Shown here in pieces: positions 1 to 9,628 of a stretch of DNA of 64,000 nucleotides; the first letter of the stretch is position 1, and every line of letters begins with the position of its first letter. Where the stretch lies: assembly GCA_963764165.1 (NCBI GenBank), contig CAVXRD010000001.1, forward strand, positions 1,248,001 to 1,312,000, given 5' to 3'. Below the pieces are notes generated by a model, which was not told where the DNA came from, did not search any database, and saw nothing but the letters and a program-made list of their open reading frames with translations. Origin of the DNA: an uncultured Verrucomicrobiae bacterium (GTDB lineage: Bacteria; Verrucomicrobiota; Verrucomicrobiia; Limisphaerales; Palsa-1400). Both the position numbers and the translations under genes were made by a program.

Positions 1-121
1 GCGCCACGGATTCACCAAGCGCCACGTCGAGGCTGATTCCCTTGAGGACGCTCACGGGCGGGCCATCCAAAACCGATTGGTAGGCTTTGGCCACGTCGCG
101 AAGAACTAAAAATGCCGCCAT
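1..121 (-). CDS. ABC transporter ATP-binding protein, LolD/MacB-like (N-terminus only, runs off window)
   Basis: ATG at 121 reads MAAFLVLRDVAKAYQSVLDGPPVSVLKGISLDVALGESVA, the typical start of an ABC ATPase just before Walker A. Confidence 0.7.
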   Translation of the reverse strand, partial: MAAFLVLRDVAKAYQSVLDGPPVSVLKGISLDVALGESVA

Positions 122-206
122 GCGCAAGGTGATTTGAATGGCTTTTCCGCTTGGGCGCAACGCTTTTATTCGCCGCAGCGGAATGTAGGCTGAAGAATCC
201 TCAGCC

Positions 207-240
207 AGTCCCATAAGTCTCATTCGTCCTATTAGTCCCC
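207..240. repeat. Degenerate 9-bp tandem repeat (AGTCCCATA-like x4)
   Basis: agtcccata agtctcatt cgtcctatt agtcccc; the same family occurs as the reverse complement at 24168-24212. Confidence 0.6.
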
Positions 241-303
241 TCTCCATGCGAGAAATGAGCCAAACGGGAACGCTTCCCTGGAGACCAAGCGCCAAAAAAG
301 TAC

Positions 304-348
304 AAAAAAAACCGGGCTTAGTGATCAGAGGGTGACCAAGAAGCCCGG
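304..348 (-). terminator. Intrinsic terminator
   Basis: ccgggctt (312-319) pairs with aagcccgg (341-348) and is followed by T8 on the minus strand. Confidence 0.65.
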
Positions 349-480
349 GGAATTTTCGAATTTAGTACAAACGTAGGATTAGGGGTTTCTCGGTCACTGC
401 TGTACAATTCACTGACCGAAATTCTTGCGGGCTATCAAAGAACATTCTGCATATAGCAAAACCCGCTCTAACTAACTTTT
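304..480 (-). ncRNA. Candidate structured small RNA or leader RNA
   Basis: Three consecutive hairpins (427-466, 390-419, 312-348) ending in a U8 terminator, in an AT-rich region with no long ORF. Confidence 0.35.
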
Positions 481-700
481 GGCCTAATCCGCTTCCAATT
501 GACCACATTAAGTGGCTAAAGTCAAAGACTTTTTTTAAAATATTTTATTCAAATATTTTCACCCCATTTGCCCTGCCGAAGAGCAGAATACACCCATTTT
601 TTGAAATGCGCCAGCGAAAGCCGAAAGTTGTGGGCAAGGGACTCTAACTTGCAGGCACCTTTGCATTCATTCTCTTTTCCCAAGTTCGATTCAATTTTCC

Positions 701-755
701 GCATTTTTTCTCCAAAAATCGTGCCGAAAAACCTCTGGTAGGTTTTCTCTTTTCA
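701..755 (+). promoter_or_regulatory. Conserved ~50-bp element with palindromic core AAAACCT-N5-AGGTTTT (copy 1)
   Basis: Reverse complement matches 23979-24026 at 44 of 48 nt. Confidence 0.65.
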
Positions 756-1158
756 GATGGATATGCCAAAGTGCTGCCATGACGACGATAGGTCGAATGA
801 GGCTCAGCGGCCCAAGCGGTGCGCTTTCGGAACTTCGGAAGCGGCGTGGGATTCTCGCGCCCTGGTGCTTTTTGATTTTTTCGCGGCCTTTTTGCAATCG
901 CGCCGTCCCGCCGTGTCCGCGCCAGCATATTTTCCTGTGTGCCCGACCACGACGGCTTGACTGCCGCGCCCTCGGAGATTTGCAAATCCCCGGTTCGCGC
1001 CCGCCCCGATCACAATCAGGCAAAGATGGATCATTCAAAGCTGTTCAATGCTAATAAAGACATGAATCACAAACTGAGCGGACCGAATGCAACCAACTTT
1101 GCAAGAAACCGGGATGCGCCCGTCCCCAAATTGGGCAGCAACCCCGCCACTTGTGTAA

Positions 1159-1623
<465 letters not shown>

Positions 1624-1838
1624 ATTTTTGAAGTCCTCGCCGGCTTTTGCCCGCGAGGATGATTTGTCTGCGGACGGAAAACGAAACGGCAGGAAATTTT
1701 TATGAGATATTTCAACGAATGCGGCCTTTTGGAGCAGGATGTTGTAGCAGGCCGATTAATGATGGCGGTGTGGCGTGGCCACCCATTTTTTTGGGCCGAA
1801 AGCTCGCCCGCGCAACGGATTTCAGAGGAAAAGCCCCT

Positions 1839-2141
1839 TGTGAATAACTCGTGAATAAGAGTTAATATGTTCTCCTAGCTTGGCTGGCGCGCATCCGTTA
1901 AAACACTCTCGCCAGCCAGAATTGGAAGACGGATTCCAGCAGCGGCAGCAAACTATTGAGACGCACGCAAATTGTATCCAATGCAATTACCTCACAATAA
2001 ATCACTTGCAACACACTTTCATGGCCCACTCGAAACGGAGTTGACGGCGTCCTCCGGCCTGCGGAAGAATGGCGCGAGACCAGCGCTGTTCCCGTTGTGC
2101 GAAAAGCACTTTGGGTTTGCCAAGACTGTGCTGGTGAATAA
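1839..2141. promoter_or_regulatory. DnaA boxes upstream of dnaA (autoregulatory site or part of oriC)
   Basis: TGTGAATAA at 1839-1847 (reverse complement TTATTCACA, fits consensus); one-mismatch boxes at 1850-1858 and 2133-2141. Confidence 0.55.
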
Positions 2142-2183
2142 ATGTTGCAATTGAACAGTTTCCCGCCTTCTGGCGGCATCGAC

Positions 2184-3557
2184 ATGCAATTATCGGCGGA
2201 CACCGTTTGGGCGATCGCGCAACAGCAGTTGCGCGCCTTGTTGAACACAGATATTTATAATCTGTGGTTCCTTCCGATCAAGGCCATCGCGCTCGACGAA
2301 GAGACGCTGACGCTCGAAGTCGCCAACGACTTCTGCGAGGTTTGGCTCAAGGATAACTATCTCGGCCTGATTCACGACACCCTGGCCCACGCTTCGGGCC
2401 AGCATCTCAAGGTGAAGTTTCAGGTGAATCCCGCCGTGGCCGCCGCTGGCAGCCTCGCCGCCCCGGAACCGAAACAGCACAAGGCCAAGGCGCCGGTGGA
2501 ATCGCCGGACAAGAACAATCCGGCCGCCGTTCGTGAAGCGGCTTTTAATCCGAAAAATACATTTGACACATTCGTGGTGGGCGACAACAACAATCATGCC
2601 CATGCCGCCGCGATGGCTGTCTCGCAGGCGCCCGGCAAATCGTATAATCCCCTCTTCCTGTTTGGCGGAGTCGGCCTCGGCAAGACCCATTTGCTTCACG
2701 CCATTGGACAGCACATCGGCGCCGCCAAGAAAACGGCCCGCGTGATGTATCTTTCCTCGGAGAAATTCACCAACGAATACATCGACGCGATTCAAAACAA
2801 TCAGCTCGTCCGCTTTCGACGCAAATACCGCCAGGCGGATGTCTTGCTGATTGACGACATTCAATTTCTGGCCGGCAAGGAACGCATCCAGGAGGAGTTT
2901 TTCCACACGTTCAACGCCTTGCACGAGGCGCGCAAACAAATCGTATTGACGTGCGACCGCCCGGCGGCCGAAATCCAAAATCTGGAGCACCGCCTCGTCT
3001 CCCGCTTCGAGTGGGGCCTCGTCACCGAGATGCAGCCGCCGGACGTCGAGACCCGCATGGCGATTTTGCGGAAGAAGGAAAAGGCGATGGGCGTGGAACT
3101 GCCCGATGACATCATCAATTTCCTTGCCAGCCGCATTCGCACCAATATTCGCCGCCTGGAAGGCGCGCTGATCCGCGTGGCCTCGTTCGCTTCCTTGACC
3201 GGCAAGAAAGTGACGCTGCAAACCGTGGAAGGTTTGCTGCGCGAAGTGCTTCACGAAGAGGGCCGCTTCACTGTCAATATTGATATTATTCAGAAGAAAG
3301 TCGCCGAGCACTTCGACCTTCGCATTTCCGATATGACCAGCAAGCGCCGTCCGGAGAACATCGCTTTTCCGCGGCAGATTGCCATGTTCCTGGCCCGGCA
3401 AATGACGGAAAGCTCTCTCAACGCCATCGGCGAGGCCTTTGGCGGCCGCGATCACGGCACCGTTCTTCACGCCTGCCGATTGGTGAAGGATCGCATGGAA
3501 GTCGATTCGCACGTCCGCCAAGTCGTCAATTACCTCGAAAAACAGCTCTTGCGCTAG
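2184..3557 (+). CDS. dnaA: Chromosomal replication initiator DnaA
   Basis: YNPLFLFGGVGLGKTHL, LLIDDIQF, SRFEWGL, GGRDHGTVLHA; alternative start at 2142. Confidence 0.98.
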   Translation: MQLSADTVWAIAQQQLRALLNTDIYNLWFLPIKAIALDEETLTLEVANDFCEVWLKDNYLGLIHDTLAHASGQHLKVKFQVNPAVAAAGSLAAPEPKQHKAKAPVESPDKNNPAAVREAAFNPKNTFDTFVVGDNNNHAHAAAMAVSQAPGKSYNPLFLFGGVGLGKTHLLHAIGQHIGAAKKTARVMYLSSEKFTNEYIDAIQNNQLVRFRRKYRQADVLLIDDIQFLAGKERIQEEFFHTFNALHEARKQIVLTCDRPAAEIQNLEHRLVSRFEWGLVTEMQPPDVETRMAILRKKEKAMGVELPDDIINFLASRIRTNIRRLEGALIRVASFASLTGKKVTLQTVEGLLREVLHEEGRFTVNIDIIQKKVAEHFDLRISDMTSKRRPENIAFPRQIAMFLARQMTESSLNAIGEAFGGRDHGTVLHACRLVKDRMEVDSHVRQVVNYLEKQLLR

Positions 3558-3566
3558 AAAGCCGGG

Positions 3567-4544
3567 ATGGCCCTGATCGAAGTCCAGGCACTGACCAAGG
3601 CATTCCGCACCTACAAAAAGGAACCGGGTTTTCGTGGGGCCGTCCGCGGCCTTTTCAATCGAAAATACGAGCAAACCCTCGCCGTCGACAATGTCAGCTT
3701 CTCGGTCGAGCAAGGCGAACTCGTCGGTTTTCTCGGCCCCAATGGCGCGGGCAAAACCACCACGCTCAAAATGCTGGCCGGCCTGATCCACCCCACCACC
3801 GGCACCGCGCGAGTCCTGGATTTCGTCCCCTGGGAGCGGCAGGACGGCTACCGCCGACAATTCGCGCTTTTGCTCGGCCAAAAAAACCAGCTTTGGTGGG
3901 ATTTGCCGGCGCGCGAATCGCTCGAGTTGAACGGAAAAATTTACGGCATTCCCGACGCCGATTTCAAACGCACGGTCGACGAATTGACCGATCTCCTGGC
4001 CGTTCGCGACAAGCTGGGAATCATGGTGAGGGAACTTTCGCTGGGCGAGCGGATGAAAATGGAATTGATCGCCGCCCTGCTCCACGAGCCCAAAGTTCTT
4101 TACCTCGACGAGCCAACCATCGGGCTGGACGTCGTTTCTCAAAAAACGGTGCGCGATTTTCTCCGCCACCACAACACGAAGCGCAAAACAACCATCCTCT
4201 TGACAAGCCATTACATGACGGACATCCAGGAGTTGTGCCAGCGCGTCATCATTATTGACAAGGGGAAGATTTCGTTTGATGGCCGGCTGGGGGAAATTGT
4301 GGATCGCTTCGCCGATTTCAAAATTCTCACCATCGCATGGCAGACGGGAGCGACCTTCGCTCCGGTGGAATTTGGACGGTTCGGCGAAATCGTGGAGAAC
4401 AGCCCTCACCGCGTTCAGCTCAAGGTGAAGCGCGACCAGGTCATCGCCGTTTGCAAGGAATTGCTCGATAAAATTCCTGTCAACGATATTGATATCCAGG
4501 AAGTGCCGATTGAGGATGTCATCCGCCAGATTTTTGCCCGATGA
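3567..4544 (+). CDS. ABC-2 type transporter ATP-binding protein
   Basis: GPNGAGKTT, LSLGERMK signature, YLDEPTIGLD, H-loop TSHY. Confidence 0.92.
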   Translation: MALIEVQALTKAFRTYKKEPGFRGAVRGLFNRKYEQTLAVDNVSFSVEQGELVGFLGPNGAGKTTTLKMLAGLIHPTTGTARVLDFVPWERQDGYRRQFALLLGQKNQLWWDLPARESLELNGKIYGIPDADFKRTVDELTDLLAVRDKLGIMVRELSLGERMKMELIAALLHEPKVLYLDEPTIGLDVVSQKTVRDFLRHHNTKRKTTILLTSHYMTDIQELCQRVIIIDKGKISFDGRLGEIVDRFADFKILTIAWQTGATFAPVEFGRFGEIVENSPHRVQLKVKRDQVIAVCKELLDKIPVNDIDIQEVPIEDVIRQIFAR

Positions 4545-5281
4545 CACAGGAACACTTGATCAAGGCGGCGCGCGAATTGGCGGCAAAAACAGGCAAGCTC
4601 AAATTCGCCGCGCCCGTTTCGCATGTCTACAATCCCCTGCTCTACGCCTGGGCCGGCCATGAAATGTACCTGCGCCGATTCGGCCTGGGGCCGAAGGAAG
4701 TCATTTTCCTCGGCATGAATCCGGGTCCGTTCGGCATGGCGCAAACGGGCGTGCCCTTCGGGGAAATCGCCGCCGTGCGGGATTGGATGCAAATCACCGC
4801 CGCCATCCAGCGCCCGTCGCGGGAACATCCCAAACGCCCCGTCCTCGGCTTCGAGTGCGCGCGTTCGGAAATCAGCGGATTTCGATTGTGGGGCTTGTTC
4901 GCGAAACGATTTGGGACGCCGGAGAAATATTTCGAGCGCCATTTTGTTGTCAACTATTGCCCGCTGGCGTTTCTCGCGGAATCCGGCGCCAATTTGACGC
5001 CGGACAAATTGCCCGCCGCCGAGCGTGAAGCATTGGACAAACTTTGCCGTCTTCACTTGCAGCGCGTCCTGGAAATCCTGCAACCCAAATGGATTATCGG
5101 CATCGGCGGATTTGCCAAGGAGCGGGCGGAGCTTGCGGCGGAAGGTTTGGACGTAAAGGTCGGCCAGATTTTGCATCCCAGCCCGGCATCGCCTGCCGCC
5201 AACCGCGGGTGGGAAAAGAAAGCCGCGGAGCAGCTAGAGGCACTGGGTGTGTGGCCCGCGCGCAGGGCAGACGCATCTTAA
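4541..5281 (+). CDS. smug1: Single-strand selective monofunctional uracil-DNA glycosylase (SMUG1 family)
   Basis: GMNPGPFGMAQTGVPFG, NYCPLAF, HPSPASPAANRGW motifs. Confidence 0.93.
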   Translation: MTQEHLIKAARELAAKTGKLKFAAPVSHVYNPLLYAWAGHEMYLRRFGLGPKEVIFLGMNPGPFGMAQTGVPFGEIAAVRDWMQITAAIQRPSREHPKRPVLGFECARSEISGFRLWGLFAKRFGTPEKYFERHFVVNYCPLAFLAESGANLTPDKLPAAEREALDKLCRLHLQRVLEILQPKWIIGIGGFAKERAELAAEGLDVKVGQILHPSPASPAANRGWEKKAAEQLEALGVWPARRADAS

Positions 5282-5328
5282 TTCTTGCAATCCATTGAAA
5301 ATCAACGAGCGCCAGCCAATCGTTGATT

Positions 5329-5575
5329 GGTAGGGACGCCTCGCCGAGGCGTCCGGGGTGAGGCATAATTCACGTACAATGCCAAAGGGATTGTCACGCG
5401 CAACCGGACGCCTCGGCGGAGTCTGTCTCAAAACTCAAAAACGGCTTCAAAAAGCACCACCAAAACACCCTCGCCGAAAATAAAAATGCGCCATATCGCA
5501 AATGAGAGAGTCGTAGTATTGACACACTTTGAGGATTTTGCAGTTTTAAGACAATCTCGGCGAGGCGTCCCTACC
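5329..5575. repeat. GTAG-type REP doublet (REPIN), interrupted copy
   Basis: ggtagggacgcctcgccgaggcgtccgg ... ccggacgcctcggcg[insert]aggcgtccctacc; intact copy at 10387-10493. Confidence 0.8.
5419..5558. mobile_element. 140-bp MITE with IS1182-like ends and a 4-bp GGCG target duplication
   Basis: Ends gagtctgtctcaaaact and agttttaagacaatctc; GGCG at 5415-5418 and 5559-5562; ends resemble the end of the IS remnant at 28500. Confidence 0.8.
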
Positions 5576-5616
5576 TCGGAATTAAGATGCGTCTGCCCCG
5601 GGGCCTCTTGATCCGT

Positions 5617-6372
5617 CTACTTGACTGAATTCACCAGCGGCGAAAGCCCTTGGATCCGCACTTCCAGCTTGTCGCCGGATTTAATCGGCCCCACCCCGCT
5701 CGGCGTGCCGGTCAGGATCACATCGCCCGGCAGCAGCGTCAGGTTGGTGGAGACAAAACTTACGATCTGAAACGGATTGAAAATGAGCTGGCTCGTGGTC
5801 GAGTTCTGGCGCAACTGGCCGTTTTGGAACAATTGGATTGTTAAGTTGCGCGGGTCAAGATTCGTTTCGACGCAGGGCCCGAGCGGAGTGAACGTGTCAA
5901 ATGATTTGGCGCGCGCATATTGAGTCTCGGAGTTCTGAATCGTGCGATCGCTGATGTCCTGCGCGGATGTGTATCCAAAAATATATCGCGAAGCCGCCGT
6001 TGGGGAAACATTGCGCGTCTTGCGGCCAATGACGATGGTGAGTTCTGCCTCAAAGTCGGTGCGATGCTCGGGGAACGGAATCTCGATTTTCGCGCCATCG
6101 GGAATCAGGGAGGTCGGGGACTTCAGCCAAAACAGCGGCTCTTTCGGCAGTGGCTTGTTTTGTTCGCGGGCGTGGTCGGCGTAATTGAGTCCGATGGCGA
6201 TGAGTTTGGAGGGAGCGACCGGCGTCAGTATTTTCAGGCCCTTCGACGGGGTCGGCTTTTTATCGTAAGTGGGAGACCCAAAAATATCACCATGCGCGCG
6301 GAAGATTTCGCCTTCCACCACTTTCGCGTAAAAAATGTCTTCACCCTTCTGAAAACGGCCAATAGCAGGCAT
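5617..6372 (-). CDS. Fumarylacetoacetate hydrolase family protein
   Basis: IGLNYADHARE, DFEAELTIVIG, RAKSFDTFTPLGP, LLPGDVILTGTPSGVG. Confidence 0.93.
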   Translation of the reverse strand: MPAIGRFQKGEDIFYAKVVEGEIFRAHGDIFGSPTYDKKPTPSKGLKILTPVAPSKLIAIGLNYADHAREQNKPLPKEPLFWLKSPTSLIPDGAKIEIPFPEHRTDFEAELTIVIGRKTRNVSPTAASRYIFGYTSAQDISDRTIQNSETQYARAKSFDTFTPLGPCVETNLDPRNLTIQLFQNGQLRQNSTTSQLIFNPFQIVSFVSTNLTLLPGDVILTGTPSGVGPIKSGDKLEVRIQGLSPLVNSVK

Positions 6373-6432
6373 AAAGTGTGTCTATTTTAACAATTCGCGG
6401 ACAGCTTCGCAAGGTGAATTGCCGAGACTTAG

Positions 6433-6461
6433 AAGGTAGCCTCGGCGAGGCGTCCCTGCCT
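6433..6461. repeat. Partial REP copy
   Basis: aaggtagcctcggcgaggcgtccctgcct, same family as 5329 and 10387. Confidence 0.6.
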
Positions 6462-6473
6462 CGAAGCATTTTC

Positions 6474-7715
6474 CTACACCAGCTCTGCCTCAACAATCTC
6501 CCGCGGAGGCGCGGTCAGCGGCATTCCATTCGCATCTTCCGGATATTCAAAAACGCGGCCCTCAAAGTTCCGAATGATGACGCGATCCTTGTTCCGGCTC
6601 AGCACATAATCAGGATTGATCGGCACCTTGCCGCCGCCGCCGGGAGCGTCAATAACATATTGCGGCACCGCGTAGCCGGTCGTGTGGCCGCGCAGATTTT
6701 CCATGATATCCAATCCGGTGCGGACGCTCGCGCGCAAGTGCGCCGAGCCTGAAATCAAATCGCATTGGTAGATGTAATACGGCCGCACCCGGCACATGAG
6801 CAATTTCTGCATCAGCGCCTTCATCACGACCGGCGTATCGTTTACTTGACGCAACAACACCGTCTGGTTGCCCAGCGGAATGCCCGCATCGGCCAGCCGC
6901 CCGAGCCCCGCCCGCACTTCCTCGGTCAATTCGCGCGGATGGTTCGAGTGGATGCTGATGAACAGCGGATGATATTTGCGAAGCATCGCGCACAATTCCG
7001 GCGTGATGCGCTGCGGCAGGAAAATCGGAATTCGCGTGCCAATGCGCAAAAATTCAACGTGCGGAATCGCCCGCAGGCGGCTCAATAAAAATTCCAGTTT
7101 GTCATCACTCAGCAATAGCGGGTCGCCCCCGCTCAACAGCACATCGCGAATTTCCGGGTGCCTGGTCACGTATTCGATCTGCCGCTCAAATTCAGGATGA
7201 AAATCGTAGCCGGTGGCATTGCTCACCATGCGCGAGCGCGTGCAATAACGGCAGTAAGCTGCGCAACGGTCCGTCACCAGGAAAAGCACGCGATCCGGAT
7301 AGCGATGAACCAATCCGGGCACGGGCGAATGCGAATCTTCGCCGCACGGATCGCTCATTTCCCACGGAGCCGTGAAAGTCTCTTCGACCCGCGGCACAAC
7401 CTGCCGCCGAATCGGGCAATTCTCATCCGCAGTGTCAATCAAATTGAAAAAATAAGGCGTGATGGCCAGGGCCAGTTTGTGATTGGCCAGGACGGTGCCT
7501 TCATACTCTTCGGGAGTGAGGGTGGGCAGGAATCGCTGCAATTTCTCAACGGTCGTAATGCGATTCTTAAGCTGCCAGCGCCAGTCATTCCAGTCGCTAT
7601 CTGGAACATCCGGCCAGAATCCGCGGCCGGCGGATTGGAATTGTTTCAAGGAGTGAAAAACAGCGGAATCGGGGTCCTCCGGTTCCGCTTGTCCTGCAAG
7701 TATGTGACTTTGCAT
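6474..7715 (-). CDS. kamA: KamA-family radical SAM protein (lysine 2,3-aminomutase-like)
   Basis: WNDWRWQL, HRYPDR, CAAYCRYC, LSGGDPL, DAPGGGGKVP (PLP lysine). Confidence 0.9.
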   Translation of the reverse strand: MQSHILAGQAEPEDPDSAVFHSLKQFQSAGRGFWPDVPDSDWNDWRWQLKNRITTVEKLQRFLPTLTPEEYEGTVLANHKLALAITPYFFNLIDTADENCPIRRQVVPRVEETFTAPWEMSDPCGEDSHSPVPGLVHRYPDRVLFLVTDRCAAYCRYCTRSRMVSNATGYDFHPEFERQIEYVTRHPEIRDVLLSGGDPLLLSDDKLEFLLSRLRAIPHVEFLRIGTRIPIFLPQRITPELCAMLRKYHPLFISIHSNHPRELTEEVRAGLGRLADAGIPLGNQTVLLRQVNDTPVVMKALMQKLLMCRVRPYYIYQCDLISGSAHLRASVRTGLDIMENLRGHTTGYAVPQYVIDAPGGGGKVPINPDYVLSRNKDRVIIRNFEGRVFEYPEDANGMPLTAPPREIVEAELV

Positions 7716-7732
7716 TTTGTGGCACTATAAGA

Positions 7733-8935
7733 TTGATCGGAAATGTGTCAAGGCAGCCAGTTTGCGGGGTAAACGCCCCACTGACAAGCGTGTCGTTGGT
7801 TGACAGGGCGAATCGAAAAAGGCAGGTTCTGGATGTGAGGCACAGATTTCTCATAACCAAATCCATTCAGACGCCTGACCGCGCAAAGGGTGCGGTTCTT
7901 TTTTCGATACTCGCATTTCTGCTTTGCTCGCTGTCCGCTTTCGCAGACGGAGCACCTACTCCAGCCGATATCTTGCTGGAAGCACACACCAAAGCCTTCC
8001 TCGAGACCACCAACAACCGCGTCTGTTTCCGTGAATTCAGCGATGGATCAAAACCCTCCGAGTTCTGGACAAGCGCGGAGTTGATGGAAATGGAATTGGA
8101 CGCCTACGAACGCACCCACAACCCAAATCAACTTTCCATTTTCACGAATTTATTCAAAGGCTTCATTGCCAGGCGCGGGCGCAACTGGCAGAAAAACGAT
8201 TTCAATGACGACATCATGTGGATGGTGATCGCCTGCTCGCGCGCTTACCTGCTCTCCGGCGACAAGGAGTTCCGCGACGCCGCCAAGTCGAATTTCGACA
8301 TGTGTTACGCGCGTGCCTGGTCGACGAACCTCGGCGGCGGGTTGTGGTGGAAGACTGACAACAAATCAAAGAACGCGTGCGTGGAAGGGCCTGGCGCCAT
8401 CGCCGCCGTGCTGGTGGGGCGCAGCTACAACGATTCGTCCTACCTGGCCAAAGCCTCCAACATCTTCCGATGGGAAATGTCAAAATTGTTCAACGCCGAG
8501 ACAGGTCAAGTATACGATAACATCCGCCGCAACGGCAAAATAGGCGAGCACGCATTCACCTACAACGAAGGCACCTTTATCGGCGCGGCCAATTTGCTGG
8601 GCTACACAAATGAAGCGATGAAGGCGGCGACCTTTACCATGAATCATCTTTGCACAGATGGCATCCTGCCAACCTACGGCGAGACGAACGACGCCGGCGG
8701 GTTCAACGGCATCTTCGTGCGCTGGGGCGTCCGCTTCATGAAAGATCGCCACGCCGAACAAACCCTCGAACCATGGCTTGAAAAAAACGCGATTGCCGCG
8801 TGGAAATCCCGCCGCGCCTCAGACAATCTTTCGTGGAACAACTGGCTGCAGCCCACTCCCGACGGCCCGCGTAATTCATGGGGCTGCAGTGATTCCGTAG
8901 TGTTGCTGCAACTGGTGCCGATCAAGGAACCGTGA
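7733..8935 (+). CDS. Glycoside hydrolase family 76 (alpha-1,6-mannanase-like), secreted; true start probably downstream
   Basis: FNDDIMW catalytic DD, GGGLWW, KNAC, FTYNEGTFIG, FNGIFVR; hydrophobic signal-like segment ending SAFA. Confidence 0.85.
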   Translation: MIGNVSRQPVCGVNAPLTSVSLVDRANRKRQVLDVRHRFLITKSIQTPDRAKGAVLFSILAFLLCSLSAFADGAPTPADILLEAHTKAFLETTNNRVCFREFSDGSKPSEFWTSAELMEMELDAYERTHNPNQLSIFTNLFKGFIARRGRNWQKNDFNDDIMWMVIACSRAYLLSGDKEFRDAAKSNFDMCYARAWSTNLGGGLWWKTDNKSKNACVEGPGAIAAVLVGRSYNDSSYLAKASNIFRWEMSKLFNAETGQVYDNIRRNGKIGEHAFTYNEGTFIGAANLLGYTNEAMKAATFTMNHLCTDGILPTYGETNDAGGFNGIFVRWGVRFMKDRHAEQTLEPWLEKNAIAAWKSRRASDNLSWNNWLQPTPDGPRNSWGCSDSVVLLQLVPIKEP

Positions 8936-8962
8936 CGCCTTATCTTACGAAGCGCAGCGGCA

Positions 8963-9165
8963 GCATCCCGGCAGGGATGCAAGATTGTAGCCGGTGGTTG
9001 AGCGAAGGGACACCACCGGAAAATGTCCCAAAAATCCTCCCGCATCCTGAAAGGATGCCAGCCGCAGCCCGCTGTCATCCCTGCCGGGATGAATCATTAT
9101 TATCGTTTTTTCCGGTGGTGTCGCTTCGCTCAACCACCGGCTACACTCTGTGACGCCTCCGGCAT
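8963..9165. repeat. Second REP/REPIN family (GTAG-started 38-bp inverted repeat plus catccc-gggatg hairpins)
   Basis: 8986-9023 and 9108-9145 are inverted with one mismatch; lies between convergent genes. Confidence 0.75.
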
Positions 9166-9310
9166 CGGCCGCGCAATCTGCTCCGACACCCCAGCAAGTT
9201 CATTGGCTCTTCTCACCAATTGTATTGGTCGGGGCCTCCTGCCGAGCCACGCCTACGCCGATGGCTCAGCAGCCTCGCCCTGCACGCAGTAACGCGCCAT
9301 CGCCGACTGT

Positions 9311-9628
9311 TCATGTCTTGATTCGATTCAATGCGCGACGCGCTCGATCGCACGGACTGCCTGGCTTCAGATCTGTCGTTCCATCGCCCTTCATGCACGG
9401 CCATCGAACAGTGCGGCCAATTGGACCAGCGATCTTGTGAACCAAATCTCCAAGCCCCTGCCCCATTGAAAACTCCCGCCGGATCGCCTCGTAATCGGAT
9501 TCGCTCAGTTGCAGGAATTGTTCGCCGTTGCGGTCAACGAGTTTTCCTCTTGACAGGCAGGCGTCGAGGTAGCCGGGCTTGCGGGCGGCGGCGGCCGACG
9601 GCGCGTGTTTCATGCTAAGATATTTCAT
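9311..9628 (-). CDS. Small phage-type hypothetical protein
   Basis: ATG 9628 overlaps the upstream TGA (ATGA); ends GLGDLVHKIA...C...C..RRALN. Confidence 0.7.
   Translation of the reverse strand: MKYLSMKHAPSAAAARKPGYLDACLSRGKLVDRNGEQFLQLSESDYEAIRREFSMGQGLGDLVHKIAGPIGRTVRWPCMKGDGTTDLKPGSPCDRARRALNRIKT

Larger units (their letters stand above)
5265..5598. mobile_element. MITE-like element bounded by perfect 20-bp inverted repeats
   Basis: gggcagacgcatcttaattc (5265-5284) and gaattaagatgcgtctgccc (5579-5598); no ORF inside. Confidence 0.7.

Noticed and set aside
757..960. 67-aa ORF right after the conserved palindromic element
   Set aside because: No recognisable family or clear RBS; mentioned only as a possible target of the element
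2190..4547. 785-aa minus-strand ORF
   Set aside because: Antisense shadow of dnaA and the ABC ATPase; no recognisable motifs
7733..8935. GH76 as the endolysin of the cluster
   Set aside because: Opposite strand, separated by a REP, and GH76 is not a known peptidoglycan hydrolase family
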